Source: an uncultured Methanoregulaceae archaeon (GTDB lineage Archaea > Halobacteriota > Methanomicrobia > Methanomicrobiales > Methanospirillaceae). From it: a stretch of DNA of 64,000 nucleotides. Where the stretch lies: positions 800,001 through 864,000 of the forward strand of contig CAWJAX010000003.1 of assembly GCA_963841015.1 (NCBI GenBank). The letters run 5' to 3'. The notes below the pieces were generated by a model. The model was not told the origin of the DNA, made no database searches, and worked only from the letters and a program-made list of their open reading frames with translations. Within the stretch, counting starts at the first letter, position 1; every line of letters begins with the position of its first letter. Position numbers and translations under genes: made by a program. Below are positions 23,178 to 36,965 of the stretch, piece after piece.

Positions 23178-23495
23178 CTAGCTTTCTACCGGACTCTTTG
23201 CCCGTTTCACACGCTCCTTGGTGGAGAAACCGGTGACCGCATCCAGATATTTCCGGAACCTTTTATTGGTATCGATAATCACGTCATCACTTGCGCTGAT
23301 ATCAGATTCTGTGTCAATAATCACCGATTTACCATCAGTCCCGATAGATACATCGAGTCGTTTGAGCGCACCTGACTTAATCCGGTACCCTTTGGCAGTC
23401 TTTTCCGGCTCTTCACCGAAACAGGTCCTGAGTTCAGCAACGATCCGGGTTTCGAGATCTTTTGTCAATCCGCGTTTGATTGGATACTCCTGCAT
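23178..23495 (-). CDS. Conserved archaeal hypothetical protein (DUF5611-like)
   Basis: MQEYPIKRG..FRKYLDAVTGFSTKERVKRAK. Confidence 0.7.
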   Translation of the reverse strand: MQEYPIKRGLTKDLETRIVAELRTCFGEEPEKTAKGYRIKSGALKRLDVSIGTDGKSVIIDTESDISASDDVIIDTNKRFRKYLDAVTGFSTKERVKRAKSPVES

Positions 23496-23529
23496 ACTAT
23501 TTTTTAGGTAGTGCGTGTATGTTAATCTA

Positions 23530-24327
23530 ATGACGGAACACGCCCCTGAGTTTTATGCTGAGATGCATTCACGTCTCGATACGATTCACAATGACCTTAT
23601 CGAGATAAAACCGAAAAAAGACATCAATGTCATCTCAAAACCGCTTCCCATGAATGGTGCTTCGGTGCTGATTGGGTTTCCGGGGAGCGGGCTTGTCGGT
23701 ACTATCGCACTGCAGTATATGGTCGATCAGCTGGAGTTTGAGCAGATCGGCACCATGACCTCGAAGTTTTTCCCCCCTCTGGCGATGATGAACAAAGGAG
23801 TGATCAATGACCCGGTCAGGATCTATATTAAAAACGATATCGCGGCCATTGTCGCAGATATTCCAATTCATCCCATGATCTGCTACGAGACCTCCCGCGA
23901 CATTATCGATTGGCTCGAACCGTTCAAGCCAAAAGAAGTGGTGACAATCGCAGGTATCATCACCAACGAGCCGGAGAAGCGGGTCTTTGGCGTCGCGACG
24001 ACAACGGATGCACTCACCAGAATCCAGGAACACGCACTCATCCTCCCCATCGGAAGCATTTCGGGGATTGCATCCAGCCTGCTGACGGAATGTAAAGCCC
24101 GGGGCATTCCCGGATACGGGCTTCTCGGAGAAACCGTTAATGCGCCGGATCCGCGATCATCGGCCGCCACAATCGAGGTGCTCAACAAGATGTACAATCT
24201 CGGGCTGGATGTGAAACCGCTGATCGATCAGGCAGTAGAAATTGAACAGAGCATGGGTAAAATAGCCGAGGAAGTGCAGCAGTCTGCCGAACAATCACCG
24301 AAAAAAGATCTTATCATGTACGGGTGA
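23530..24327 (+). CDS. Proteasome assembly chaperone (PAC2) family protein with a C-terminal HbYX motif (MYG)
   Basis: Motifs GFPGSGLVGTIA, FPP, GSISGI, PDPRSSA; start position uncertain. Confidence 0.85.
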   Translation: MTEHAPEFYAEMHSRLDTIHNDLIEIKPKKDINVISKPLPMNGASVLIGFPGSGLVGTIALQYMVDQLEFEQIGTMTSKFFPPLAMMNKGVINDPVRIYIKNDIAAIVADIPIHPMICYETSRDIIDWLEPFKPKEVVTIAGIITNEPEKRVFGVATTTDALTRIQEHALILPIGSISGIASSLLTECKARGIPGYGLLGETVNAPDPRSSAATIEVLNKMYNLGLDVKPLIDQAVEIEQSMGKIAEEVQQSAEQSPKKDLIMYG

Positions 24328-24333
24328 TTCAAA

Positions 24334-24732
24334 ATGAAATGTGCTGCGTTAACCGGAATCTCGCCGGAGATAATAAAGGATCTCAGGGGGGGCAAATCCC
24401 GTACGATCGAGCTTCAGAGCATGCATAATATTGTAAGCATCACGGAGGTAAAACCAGGTCCGGATTCCCACATCTTCATGACTTCAATCGATTTTGAGGA
24501 CCTGGATCCCGGCGATCAGGGAATATGTGTGATTGTGCTGGCGATATCAGTCTCGATGAAGCGGATGGTGGAATTCTCGCAGGGTCGGTATTATGAGGAA
24601 CGAGAGCGGATGTCGGCCCGGATCCAGGTGAAATATTGTGCATCATCAGTCGTCAAGCGGGTCTTTCGGGAGGGCGTTTTCGGACCAACAACCGTTGAAG
24701 TGCTAAAATCATCCTGTTACCATGCAGGTTAA
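24334..24732 (+). CDS. DUF473-like protein
   Basis: ALTGIS..RTIELQSMHN..EERE..ARIQV. Confidence 0.7.
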   Translation: MKCAALTGISPEIIKDLRGGKSRTIELQSMHNIVSITEVKPGPDSHIFMTSIDFEDLDPGDQGICVIVLAISVSMKRMVEFSQGRYYEERERMSARIQVKYCASSVVKRVFREGVFGPTTVEVLKSSCYHAG

Positions 24733-24754
24733 TAAAAGAATTACCATTTTTTTT

Positions 24755-25029
24755 ACATCAATAGAAAGTTCTGGTTTTTTTTGAGAACGATAAAACCGAT
24801 TCCGATTGCACCAAGAATTACCATGATCCCAACAGGGGATTCCTTTGGAGTGTCTGGCGGCCAGGGTGTTATGGGGTTTTCTGGGGGTTGTCCCGGTAGT
24901 GATACCATCCAGAAGCACCGCGGCTCCGGAGGGAAGGGAACTCACCGAAATATTACACACAGAAGTAACCGCAACCGGGATGACGAGGATTGCTGATAAC
25001 AGACAGAATATGAAATTATTTTTTTTCAT
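24755..25029 (-). pseudogene. Internally deleted PEGA-domain surface protein remnant
   Basis: Signal peptide plus ISVSSLPSGAAVLLDG..GTTP, then in another frame PITPWPPDTPKESPVGIMVILGAIGIGFIVLKK (C-terminal anchor). Confidence 0.65.
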
Positions 25030-25068
25030 AACTTTTACAACCGATTTTCTCTGCTGATTAAAAGAATG

Positions 25069-25276
25069 GGCTCTAGAATTCCTTTTCCATTGATATGAAA
25101 TTCAAGATGCTGGTCCGAATGAAGGAGGGGACAGTGCCTGTCCCCCCATGCCGCCCCTGCGCTGAGCGAGGATGACGTAGCACCTGTTCAGGAGTTATCG
25201 CATCGGGGGAGCCACAGCGGCGGGGGTGAAACCCCCTCCGAGCGTTTAGCTTGTAATTGAGCATTTCACCTGAGCA
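25069..25276 (-). mobile_element. MITE family copy (208 bp, perfect 8-bp target-site duplication)
   Basis: Flanked by aaagaatg at both 25061-25068 and 25277-25284; about 85% identical by eye to the reverse complement of 34565-34771. Confidence 0.92.
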
Positions 25277-25392
25277 AAAGAATGCGCAATTCGCATCACA
25301 TATATTTAGTTAATTTTTTTCTTCAGGAGATTTCTCAGCGAACCATGACACAGATTAATTATCACGGAACACGAACCTTAATGGCGTCAGGT

Positions 25393-25467
25393 GGGCCTGT
25401 GGCTTAGCTCGGACATAGCGCCGGGCTTCTAACCCGGATGTCGGGGGTTCGAATCCCCCCAGGCCCG
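25393..25467 (+). tRNA. tRNA-Arg(TCT)
   Basis: Acceptor stem GGGCCTG/CAGGCCC, anticodon arm ccggg-ctTCTaa-cccgg, T-loop GTTCGAATC. Confidence 0.95.
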
Positions 25468-25750
25468 TTTTAATAATCCACCGTACTGTTTTTCAGCCTT
25501 ATCCGTGATTCATAGGAGTATTGCACCATTCTCCGGCAAGTGCGAGATTTCTTTTTTTGCGACCAGCAGAAAGGATCAAGTATCCGGATTCAAGATGTAA
25601 TAATTCGGGGTTTTATCGGCAATAAAAACAGGATACAGTGCCATTTTCATTACCAACTCGTAAAGGAAATAACGAGAGAAAATATAATCAGAATAGTATA
25701 CCAAAATTCAGATCGAAAAAGTGTTCCTGTTCAAAGGACCAAAACCCCAG

Positions 25751-25930
25751 ACGCTTCAGGGGCTTCACCCCGCCACTATGGCGCTCCGGTTGCGATGGCG
25801 TTTGTATAACCAAGGATCAGGTATACCGGTAATACAGATGAATCGCATGCGCCCCCCAAAAGGGGGCAGGGCTGGCGCAATGGGTGCGGGGCCAGGGCGT
25901 TCAATACAACAAGAAATTAATCGATGATAT
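25751..25930 (+). repeat. GC-rich intergenic element sharing the MITE core hairpin
   Basis: acgcttcaggggcttcaccccgccactatggcgctccggttgcgat resembles 34596-34643; second hairpin gccccc-caaaa-gggggc at 25851-25867; ends not resolved. Confidence 0.6.
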
Positions 25931-26025
25931 GTTACTATCCCCTTAAAAATATTATGAACGGCAGATGTCGATAAACTGTTTAAATTTTTTTTGAAAAAGG
26001 AGAACCGAGAAGCAAACTAAAAAAA

Positions 26026-26502
26026 TTATTCCTGAATTTGTTCATCAGCTGGCTGTCCATCTGTCGGTTTCTGAAGGATCTGAACATCCATAATGTTGTG
26101 CTGGCGCTGGGAGAGTTTTTTTGCCTTGAAGATATTCTTCCCATCCTTGCCAATTGCAATGCCCCGGTCTTCATCCCGAACTTCAACCTGAACCGTCTGC
26201 TCTTCTGGCTCCCCTTCGAACAGGATTGAAGTAACCTGTGCCGGTAAAAAACAGTTTCTGATAAACTGTTCGGGATTGCTGTTGTATTCCACAACTTCAA
26301 TCTTCTTGCCCATCACTTCCGAGGCTTTTTTGATTGAGGCACCTTTTTTACCGATAGCCAGGCCCATATCACCGGGATTTATTACAAAAATAAGGCGTGC
26401 GTTGCGCTCATCCACAACACAGTCACGGCTTCCCGCGCCGGTAAGGCTCTCAAACTGGGAGATCAGACGCATACAGTCTTCAGTCAGTTTAACTTCAACC
26501 AT
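26026..26502 (-). CDS. nusA: Archaeal NusA-like transcription elongation factor
   Basis: Two KH motifs, AIGKKG and AIGKDGKN; lies in the rpo operon. Confidence 0.93.
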   Translation of the reverse strand: MVEVKLTEDCMRLISQFESLTGAGSRDCVVDERNARLIFVINPGDMGLAIGKKGASIKKASEVMGKKIEVVEYNSNPEQFIRNCFLPAQVTSILFEGEPEEQTVQVEVRDEDRGIAIGKDGKNIFKAKKLSQRQHNIMDVQILQKPTDGQPADEQIQE

Positions 26503-26503
26503 A

Positions 26504-26794
26504 TCATACCCTCTTAAGAGAGAGAATGTCTGACTCGCCAGGAGTAACAATAGCAAGCGTGCTTACCATGAAGGGTTTTCCGCATGCTTTGCCGAGTGCC
26601 ACGCTGGAGCCCTCGAAGGTATGGATGAAAAGATTCTCATAGCCCGAAAGTTTGGATTTGAAGGTCGCCGGACAATTGCCCGCTACGACGATCATCTGAG
26701 CTTTGCCCTCTTTTATGCATTTTTCCGTGTTGTTCTGGCCAAGAATTACATTTCCTGTCTTGATGGCTCTTCTGAGTGAAGCATTAAAATCCAT
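26504..26794 (-). CDS. rpl30e: 50S ribosomal protein L30e
   Basis: LGKACGKPFMVS..PGESDIL. Confidence 0.95.
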   Translation of the reverse strand: MDFNASLRRAIKTGNVILGQNNTEKCIKEGKAQMIVVAGNCPATFKSKLSGYENLFIHTFEGSSVALGKACGKPFMVSTLAIVTPGESDILSLKRV

Positions 26795-26828
26795 GTACAA
26801 TTCCTCTGGTTTTTAAGGTTATTCCGTT

Positions 26829-30643
<3,815 letters not shown>

Positions 30644-30654
30644 GGCGCACCTCT

Positions 30655-32469
30655 TCAGACCACATCTTGCAGTCTTAATCTTGGGGCAATCCCCATACTC
30701 TTCATCTCATCCAGCAGGAGCTTAAAGGCATAACTCATCTCGACAGAATAAATGTCTGTCTCGTTACCACAGGCAAGGCAACGGGTCATATTTCTTTTAC
30801 GGTCCAGCATCGCGACCATCCCACAGTGAGCACAGACATATTCATTGACTTTATCGGATTCATCCAGTAAACGTTCTTTGAGAGCCATTGCTGCACCGTG
30901 ACCAATCATGACATCCCGCTCCATTTCACCAAACCGCAGACCTCCTTCACGGGCCCTGCCTTCTGTTGGCTGGCGGGTGAGCACCTGCACCGGTCCGCGT
31001 GACCGTGCATGCATCTTTGACGACACCATGTGGTAGAGTTTCTGATAATAGATGACGCCCACATACACATCCGCTTTGAATTGCTTGCCGGTCAGGCCAT
31101 CATACATGATTTCACGTCCATTGTGGGAGAAACCAAGTTTCTTGAGTGATGACCGGATGTCAGCTTCGCTCTCACCGCGAAATGCTGTACCGTTAATCCT
31201 CCGCCCTTCAAGCGCCCCTACCTTGCCCCCAATCATTTCGAGCATATGCCCGACAGTCATACGACTGGGAATAGCGTGGGGATTGATAACGAGATCCGGA
31301 CAGAGTCCACTCTCAGTAAAAGGCATATCTTCCTGGTGTGTTATCAGTCCTACGACTCCTTTCTGCCCGTGTCGGGAGGCAAACTTGTCTCCGACTTCAG
31401 GAATACGAAGGTCACGTGTTCTGACCTTGACAAGCCGGGAACTGTTCTCTCCTTCTGTTATGATCACGGTGTCAACAATGCCGTGCTCATTACTGCGCAT
31501 TGTGACTGATGTGTCGCGACGTTTCTCAACGGCAATGAGTTCCCCTGATGGCTCTTCAAGGAACCGTGGTGGAGAAGTCTTGCCGATCAGAACATCTTTT
31601 TCTGCTACAACCGTTTCAGGATTGATCACACCGTCTTCGTCGAGGTTCTTATACGACTCGGCGCCGTGTGCCCCGGCAACATCTTCTTCCGGGACTTCAA
31701 TCCTGTCGATCTGACCACCCGGATAACGGCGTTCTTCCCCTTCATAGGTTCGGAAGAAATGGGAGCGTCCGAGTCCCCGCTCAATTGAAGCCTTGTTGAA
31801 AATAAGTGCATCTTCAATGTTGTACCCTTCATAGGAAAGAATTGCAACAACAAAGTTCTGCCCTGCCGGACGGTCATCGGAACCTATTAACTCAGAAGTC
31901 TGAGTGTGGGTCAGGGGCTTTTGCACGTAATGGAGCAGGTGGCCCCGGGTATCAGGGCGCAGCTTCATATTAGCGGTCCCAAACCCGAGTGCCTGTTTGA
32001 CCATGCCTGCACCCATGGTTACCCGCGGACTTGCATTATGCTCCGGGAACGGGACATGCGCAGCACCGATACCCAGAATAAGGGAGGGGTCGATCTCAAG
32101 GTGGGTATGATCCGGCGTTACATTCTCCGGGTTCATCGCGATGAGGAGATCTTCTTCCTCTTCTGCATCAATGAACTCAATCAGTCCGCGCTGGACAAAA
32201 GAGGATATGTCAACTTCCTTTTTAGCCAGTTTTACAAGGTCTTCACCCGTAATAAGCGGTTCACCGTTTTTCAGGACAATAAGCGGGCGGCGGGCTCGGC
32301 CACGGTCGGTAAGAATCACAACATCCCCGTTGTATTCCTTGTGTGAAACATTCACTTCATATGAGATAGCACCCTGACGTCGCATAGACCTGATATTGGC
32401 CACAAGTGCTTTTGCATCATCATCGAGTCCGATAAGGGCCCCGTCAACAAACACGCGGGACTTCTTCAT
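30655..32469 (-). CDS. rpoB1: RNA polymerase subunit B'
   Basis: [33 protein letters not shown]. Confidence 0.97.
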   Translation of the reverse strand: MKKSRVFVDGALIGLDDDAKALVANIRSMRRQGAISYEVNVSHKEYNGDVVILTDRGRARRPLIVLKNGEPLITGEDLVKLAKKEVDISSFVQRGLIEFIDAEEEEDLLIAMNPENVTPDHTHLEIDPSLILGIGAAHVPFPEHNASPRVTMGAGMVKQALGFGTANMKLRPDTRGHLLHYVQKPLTHTQTSELIGSDDRPAGQNFVVAILSYEGYNIEDALIFNKASIERGLGRSHFFRTYEGEERRYPGGQIDRIEVPEEDVAGAHGAESYKNLDEDGVINPETVVAEKDVLIGKTSPPRFLEEPSGELIAVEKRRDTSVTMRSNEHGIVDTVIITEGENSSRLVKVRTRDLRIPEVGDKFASRHGQKGVVGLITHQEDMPFTESGLCPDLVINPHAIPSRMTVGHMLEMIGGKVGALEGRRINGTAFRGESEADIRSSLKKLGFSHNGREIMYDGLTGKQFKADVYVGVIYYQKLYHMVSSKMHARSRGPVQVLTRQPTEGRAREGGLRFGEMERDVMIGHGAAMALKERLLDESDKVNEYVCAHCGMVAMLDRKRNMTRCLACGNETDIYSVEMSYAFKLLLDEMKSMGIAPRLRLQDVV

Positions 32470-34034
32470 CGTGCTTCACCCCGGATATGCTCAACACCGA
32501 GATTATGCAGAAGTCGCCGGACTTCGGCTTCATCATCAACACCCTTGGATATCTCAACCATCTGTGCAAAGTTCTTGACCAGACCACAATTGGGTCCTTC
32601 AGGTGTTTCACTCGGACAGATCCGTCCCCACTGGGTCGGGTGAAGGTCACGAGCTTCGAAGTGTGGCTGTGAGCGCGAAAGCGGGGAAATAACCCGACGC
32701 AGGTGGGATAGGACTGCCATATGGTCTACCCGGTCAAGCAGCTGGGAGACACCGGTTCTTCCCCCAACCCAGTTACCCGTCGCGAGCGGATGTAACAACC
32801 GCTCAGTGAGAACATCTGCCCGAACCGCAGTTGCGATTGACAAGTCGCGGTGTCGCATGCTGGCGCGTTCAAGCTGGTATTTGATATCCCGTGTAAGCCG
32901 GTTAAGGGAAATACGGAAAAGGTCCTCCATAAGATCACCGGCAAGTTTCAACCGTTTGTTGGAGTAATGGTCCTTATCATCAACCCTGCGTTTGTCCAAC
33001 ACGAGATCAAAACACGCCTCTGCCATACGTCCCAGGAAGTGACCCTTTGCAAGTCGCACGGATAGCACGGCTTCCTGGTAGCCCTCGTCTCCTTCCTTTA
33101 AATTTGCAGGCATTGAGTAGTTGAGATGTGGCAGGAGGTAATTGTCCAGCACGAATTCCGCCCGTTTGCGCTGGTAATCCTTCGTCTGGTTGGGTGCGAG
33201 CTTTTTGCCAACGTACATGATACCACCTTCAACTGAATCGCACTCGCTCTCTTCCAGATTCTGCATCATGAAGGTAAGGATATCCTCATCAGGAGAAACT
33301 GCATTTACAACTTCCTGATCGTTCGTCATTCCGAGAGCACGCATCAGGTCAACAAATTTAAGGTGCCCGGCAACTGACGGGAATGATACCTCAAGCAGGT
33401 TCTTTTTATTTCGCTCAACAACGACAAGTGCACGGTACCCACGGAACTGCGAAAAGACTTTTGCGACATAGATCCGCTCATTGTATCGCTCGGTGAATTC
33501 GGTCATAATCTTGTTGGATGCGAGATCCTCAAGGGTCATGAGCACACGTTCAGTACCGTTTACAATGAAATATCCGCCCGGGTCGAATGCGTCCTCACCA
33601 TGGGAGATACGCTGCATATCATCCATACCATAAAGATTGCAGGCATGCGATCCAACCATAATGGGGAGTTGCCCGATTGTGGTGATTATTGGCTCCTGCC
33701 GTTCCTCACCATGTACAAGGGTGAGTCCTAGCTGGATCGGCGCTGCATAGGTAAGATTACGCAGTCGTGCTTCGCAGGGGTACAGTTCTCCCTGAGATCC
33801 ATCTGCTTCTCTGACAAGCGGTCGTTTTACCGTAATCGCGCCTAATTCCACCCAGACAGGCTCATTGTTCTTTCCCCGGTTTTCGATATCCGTTTCGATA
33901 ACCCGCTGCTCGTTGACCACTTTCTGAAGATTGTGCTTTAAGAAATAATTGAAAGAGTCAAGTTGGTGGCGCGCAACATGCTCCCGTGAAAAATACGCCT
34001 TTGATAAAATACTTCTGTCGATCAGACTGACCAC
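32466..34034 (-). CDS. rpoB2: RNA polymerase subunit B''
   Basis: [37 protein letters not shown]. Confidence 0.97.
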   Translation of the reverse strand: MVSLIDRSILSKAYFSREHVARHQLDSFNYFLKHNLQKVVNEQRVIETDIENRGKNNEPVWVELGAITVKRPLVREADGSQGELYPCEARLRNLTYAAPIQLGLTLVHGEERQEPIITTIGQLPIMVGSHACNLYGMDDMQRISHGEDAFDPGGYFIVNGTERVLMTLEDLASNKIMTEFTERYNERIYVAKVFSQFRGYRALVVVERNKKNLLEVSFPSVAGHLKFVDLMRALGMTNDQEVVNAVSPDEDILTFMMQNLEESECDSVEGGIMYVGKKLAPNQTKDYQRKRAEFVLDNYLLPHLNYSMPANLKEGDEGYQEAVLSVRLAKGHFLGRMAEACFDLVLDKRRVDDKDHYSNKRLKLAGDLMEDLFRISLNRLTRDIKYQLERASMRHRDLSIATAVRADVLTERLLHPLATGNWVGGRTGVSQLLDRVDHMAVLSHLRRVISPLSRSQPHFEARDLHPTQWGRICPSETPEGPNCGLVKNFAQMVEISKGVDDEAEVRRLLHNLGVEHIRGEAR

Positions 34035-34042
34035 CCCAATAA

Positions 34043-34294
34043 TTATTTCTTCGGTCTCTTGATTACGAGGCGATATGCCTCAGCCCTGCCAGCCGTATGA
34101 CTAATCCGGACAATTCGTATAACATCGTCAACGCTTGCGCCAATAGATTTGACCGCTGGATCGTCATGGAAAATTTTAGGTAATTGTTCCGTAGTAATGT
34201 TGTAGTGGGAGAGGAGCGCAGATACCTCGTCCTCACTCATGATTTTATGGTCTGGCACCATCACGTGCTTCAACACATTCAGTTTGGTGCTCAA
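34043..34294 (-). CDS. rpoH: RNA polymerase subunit H
   Basis: HVMVPDH..QLPKI..DP..AYRLV; TTG start preceded by an RBS-like aggtgagggg. Confidence 0.95.
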   Translation of the reverse strand: MSTKLNVLKHVMVPDHKIMSEDEVSALLSHYNITTEQLPKIFHDDPAVKSIGASVDDVIRIVRISHTAGRAEAYRLVIKRPKK

Positions 34295-34344
34295 TGAAAA
34301 ACCCCCTCACCTATGAATAAATTTCCTTTCAGATGCATCACCGC

Positions 34345-34367
34345 AAAAAACCCACGATTCCTCGTGG
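34345..34367 (-). terminator. Hairpin plus U-tract downstream of tRNA-Lys
   Basis: The minus strand reads CCACGA-GGAA-TCGTGG-G-TTTTTT. Confidence 0.6.
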
Positions 34368-34370
34368 CAA

Positions 34371-34444
34371 CGGGCCCGGAGGGATTTGAACCCCCGACCA
34401 CCTGGTTAAAAGCCAGGCGCTCTACCGAACTGAGCTACGAACCC
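34371..34444 (-). tRNA. tRNA-Lys(TTT)
   Basis: GGGTTCGTAGCTCAGTTCGGTAGAGCG, anticodon arm cctgg-ctTTTaa-ccagg, T-loop GTTCAAATC. Confidence 0.95.
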
Positions 34445-34564
34445 AATGTATACTAAGATGTACAGCATTATAACAATGCCAAAAAACTATATATAGATTC
34501 CCCAAAAAAAAGTTTGAAATCGGACAACATTCAACTGTTTTTTATTCTGAGTTGAAAATTCCCG

Positions 34565-34771
34565 GACTCTGTAGAAATACTCAATCAAAAGCTAAACGTT
34601 CAAGTGGGTTTCACCCCCGCAGCTATGGCTCCCCCGTTGCGATAAACCCCGAACAGGTGCGCCGTCATCATTGTTCAGCGCAGGGGCGGTATGGGGGACA
34701 GGCACTGCCCCCTCCTTCATCGTACCTGCATCTTGAATTTCATATCAAGGGAAAAGGAATGCTGCAGAGCC
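34565..34771 (+). mobile_element. MITE family copy (207 bp)
   Basis: Ends gactctgtagaaat / aatgctgcagagcc; flanks aattcccg / tattcccg (7/8 match). Confidence 0.92.
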
Positions 34772-34899
34772 TATTCCCGTTTAATCTTCGCCAAAAAGTC
34801 TCAATGCCCTTTAATAGGATATTCTCTCTGCGATAATCTGAATAAAAAAAAGGCAGCCTGAAATTCACCATCTTAATCTGCCATGGTAAAAAAGAAGGA

Positions 34900-35536
34900 C
34901 TACTTTGATGAGGGGTTACCTGATAATTCCCCTTTTATCTGTTGAAGCCGGCTCTCCTGAATTTTTACATTCATCTCCATATTCTTGATTGCGCTTGAGA
35001 TCTCTTCACTGACTCTGACTTTAGAATCATCGAAATTATAGGTAGTCTCGAGAATCTTCATGAGGCGCTTGTTTACATCAATAGTTTTACTTAAGCGGGC
35101 ATATTCAGTGATGATCTCAGCATCGAACCCGGATTGTTTTGCAATGTCAATATCAGATTTGATAGACTGTCTTCTGCTGAGGACATGCTCGATCGCGTCA
35201 TACAATTCGCGGTGAGTGATTGGCTTTAAAACATAATCTTCGATATAAATTCCGTATTCCTGTGCTTCTGCTGGCGAAAGCTCGCTTAGCGGTAAGCATG
35301 AGTACCGGGATCTCCTTGGTCTGGGAATTCTCCTTGATCTTTTCAAGGGTTTCCCAACCGTCCATGGGTTCCATCATGATATCCAGAAGGATCAGATCAG
35401 GAGTCACCGTCTTTAAAATCTCAAGACATTCCTCCCCCCCATATGCAGCAACAGTACGGTAACCGCCTCGCTCCAGCATGGTGACAAATACATCAACGAT
35501 GAATGGACTGTCATCGACAACAAGTATAGTATTCAT
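34900..35536 (-). CDS. Response regulator receiver protein with a C-terminal coiled region; one frameshift near 35283
   Basis: ILVVDDS, PDLILLDIMM..DG, LMLTAK, then YVLKP in the second frame. Confidence 0.85.
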
Positions 35537-35880
35537 CTCTTCGACTCCCCAGACCTCTTTGCATCGCGCTCTGCCGATATTATTGTATCCATGAATGGTA
35601 AGATTTCCTCTTTTACCATGGTCTTTGCACCTGCTGCACTACCAGTTATAATTCATAATGCCTGATTGAACCATATATACATATCTTTTTTTTTCCTCGG
35701 TTGATGGGGTACAGCGAAATGTGCGTTCAAGGTCAGGAATTTCAGTTGAAAATATCCTGCGAGATGAGAGGTCTCACGACGCGTAACTATCCTGTTGGTA
35801 AGATTATTACCTAAAATGCCAATATTTCAATTTTTACGATAACAAGATAAATAAATGAAATAAGCCAATAGTAAGAGAGC

Positions 35881-35954
35881 GGGGCCATAGGGTAGCCTGG
35901 CCATCCTAGGAGACTGGGGGTCTTCTGACCTGAGTTCAAATCTCAGTGGCCCCA
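35881..35954 (+). tRNA. tRNA-Pro(GGG)
   Basis: Acceptor stem GGGGCCA/TGGCCCC, anticodon arm ggaga-ctGGGgg-tcttc, T-loop GTTCAAATC. Confidence 0.93.
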
Positions 35955-35994
35955 TTTCAGATAGTGTTTTCGATCCTTGTTTTTGGTTGTTGTT

Positions 35995-36849
35995 ATGAAA
36001 ATTACCGAACTATGCATTGATTGTTTACTTTCCCGTGTGGAACTTGAATGTACATTGTGCGGTGCTGATTCTGCTCTCACGGATGCAACAATGTCTGAGT
36101 GCAGGAGACTGATGGGAGAAATTCGTTCCGCACCGCTCAGCCACCCTCAGATTGCGAGCCGTATCCACCGGAGGGCTTATGATATCCTGGGTAATCCCGA
36201 TCCATTCGCAGAACTCAAAGATCTGGGAAATCAGCAGGCAAGAGAAGTCTGCAAAGAAGTCCGTAAGAACCTGTCAACATTCCGCGATTATGTTCTTGCA
36301 TCCGTAATCGGGAACACATTTGATTATGGGGTCAAAGGTCATACTGTGGAAGAAAATTTTTCTGCTTTTTTCCAGAGAGAATTTGCACAAGGGCTCACTA
36401 TAGATGATACCGATAAAATCGCTCCTCTCTGCTCCCGTGTTGTGTATCTGAGCGACAATTGCGGCGAAATTGTACTCGATCGTCTCTTGATCGAATACCT
36501 CAAGTCGCAGGGATCTCAGGTTACCCTTGCTGTCAAAGAGTTCCCGATTCTCAATGATGCAACATTGAAGGATGCTCATGAACTGGGACTTGACACTCTG
36601 GTTGATCATATCACAACAAACGGCGGAGGTGCGGAGATCGGTATATGCAGGGAAAATATTCCTGAAGATCTTCGGCATGCAATAGCAAAATGCACAATCA
36701 TCATTGCAAAGGGAATGGCAAATTTTGAGTCCCTGTCCGAGATGGACAACCTTCCGCCGGTAGCTTACCTGATGGCAGCAAAATGCAAGCCTGTTGCAGA
36801 TGAGGTTGGAGTTCCCGTAGGCTCAAAGATCGCGCTGTTACGAACCTGA
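35995..36849 (+). CDS. DUF89/ARMT1-like damage-control phosphatase
   Basis: CIDC N-terminus, GNTFDYG, DNCGE, PILNDAT, AKGMANFESL, KC. Confidence 0.88.
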   Translation: MKITELCIDCLLSRVELECTLCGADSALTDATMSECRRLMGEIRSAPLSHPQIASRIHRRAYDILGNPDPFAELKDLGNQQAREVCKEVRKNLSTFRDYVLASVIGNTFDYGVKGHTVEENFSAFFQREFAQGLTIDDTDKIAPLCSRVVYLSDNCGEIVLDRLLIEYLKSQGSQVTLAVKEFPILNDATLKDAHELGLDTLVDHITTNGGGAEIGICRENIPEDLRHAIAKCTIIIAKGMANFESLSEMDNLPPVAYLMAAKCKPVADEVGVPVGSKIALLRT

Positions 36850-36965
36850 CAGCGGCGATTGTCTCTTCTTTGACCTGTGCTTCACAATTTTTCTTTTTTC
36901 AAAAAATTCATAATGGCAGTTTCCGGATGGTTTTTACCAGATATGCACCTATACTGGGATAAGGG

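Noticed and set aside
25073-25264. ORF MLNYKLNARRGFHPRRCGSP.. and similar peptides at 34552-34836, 2764-3057, 10042-10329 and 13502-13717 as a small-protein family
   Set aside because: They are translations of the MITE. The reading frame is not preserved between copies (indels of 1-2 nt), so the similarity is at DNA level.
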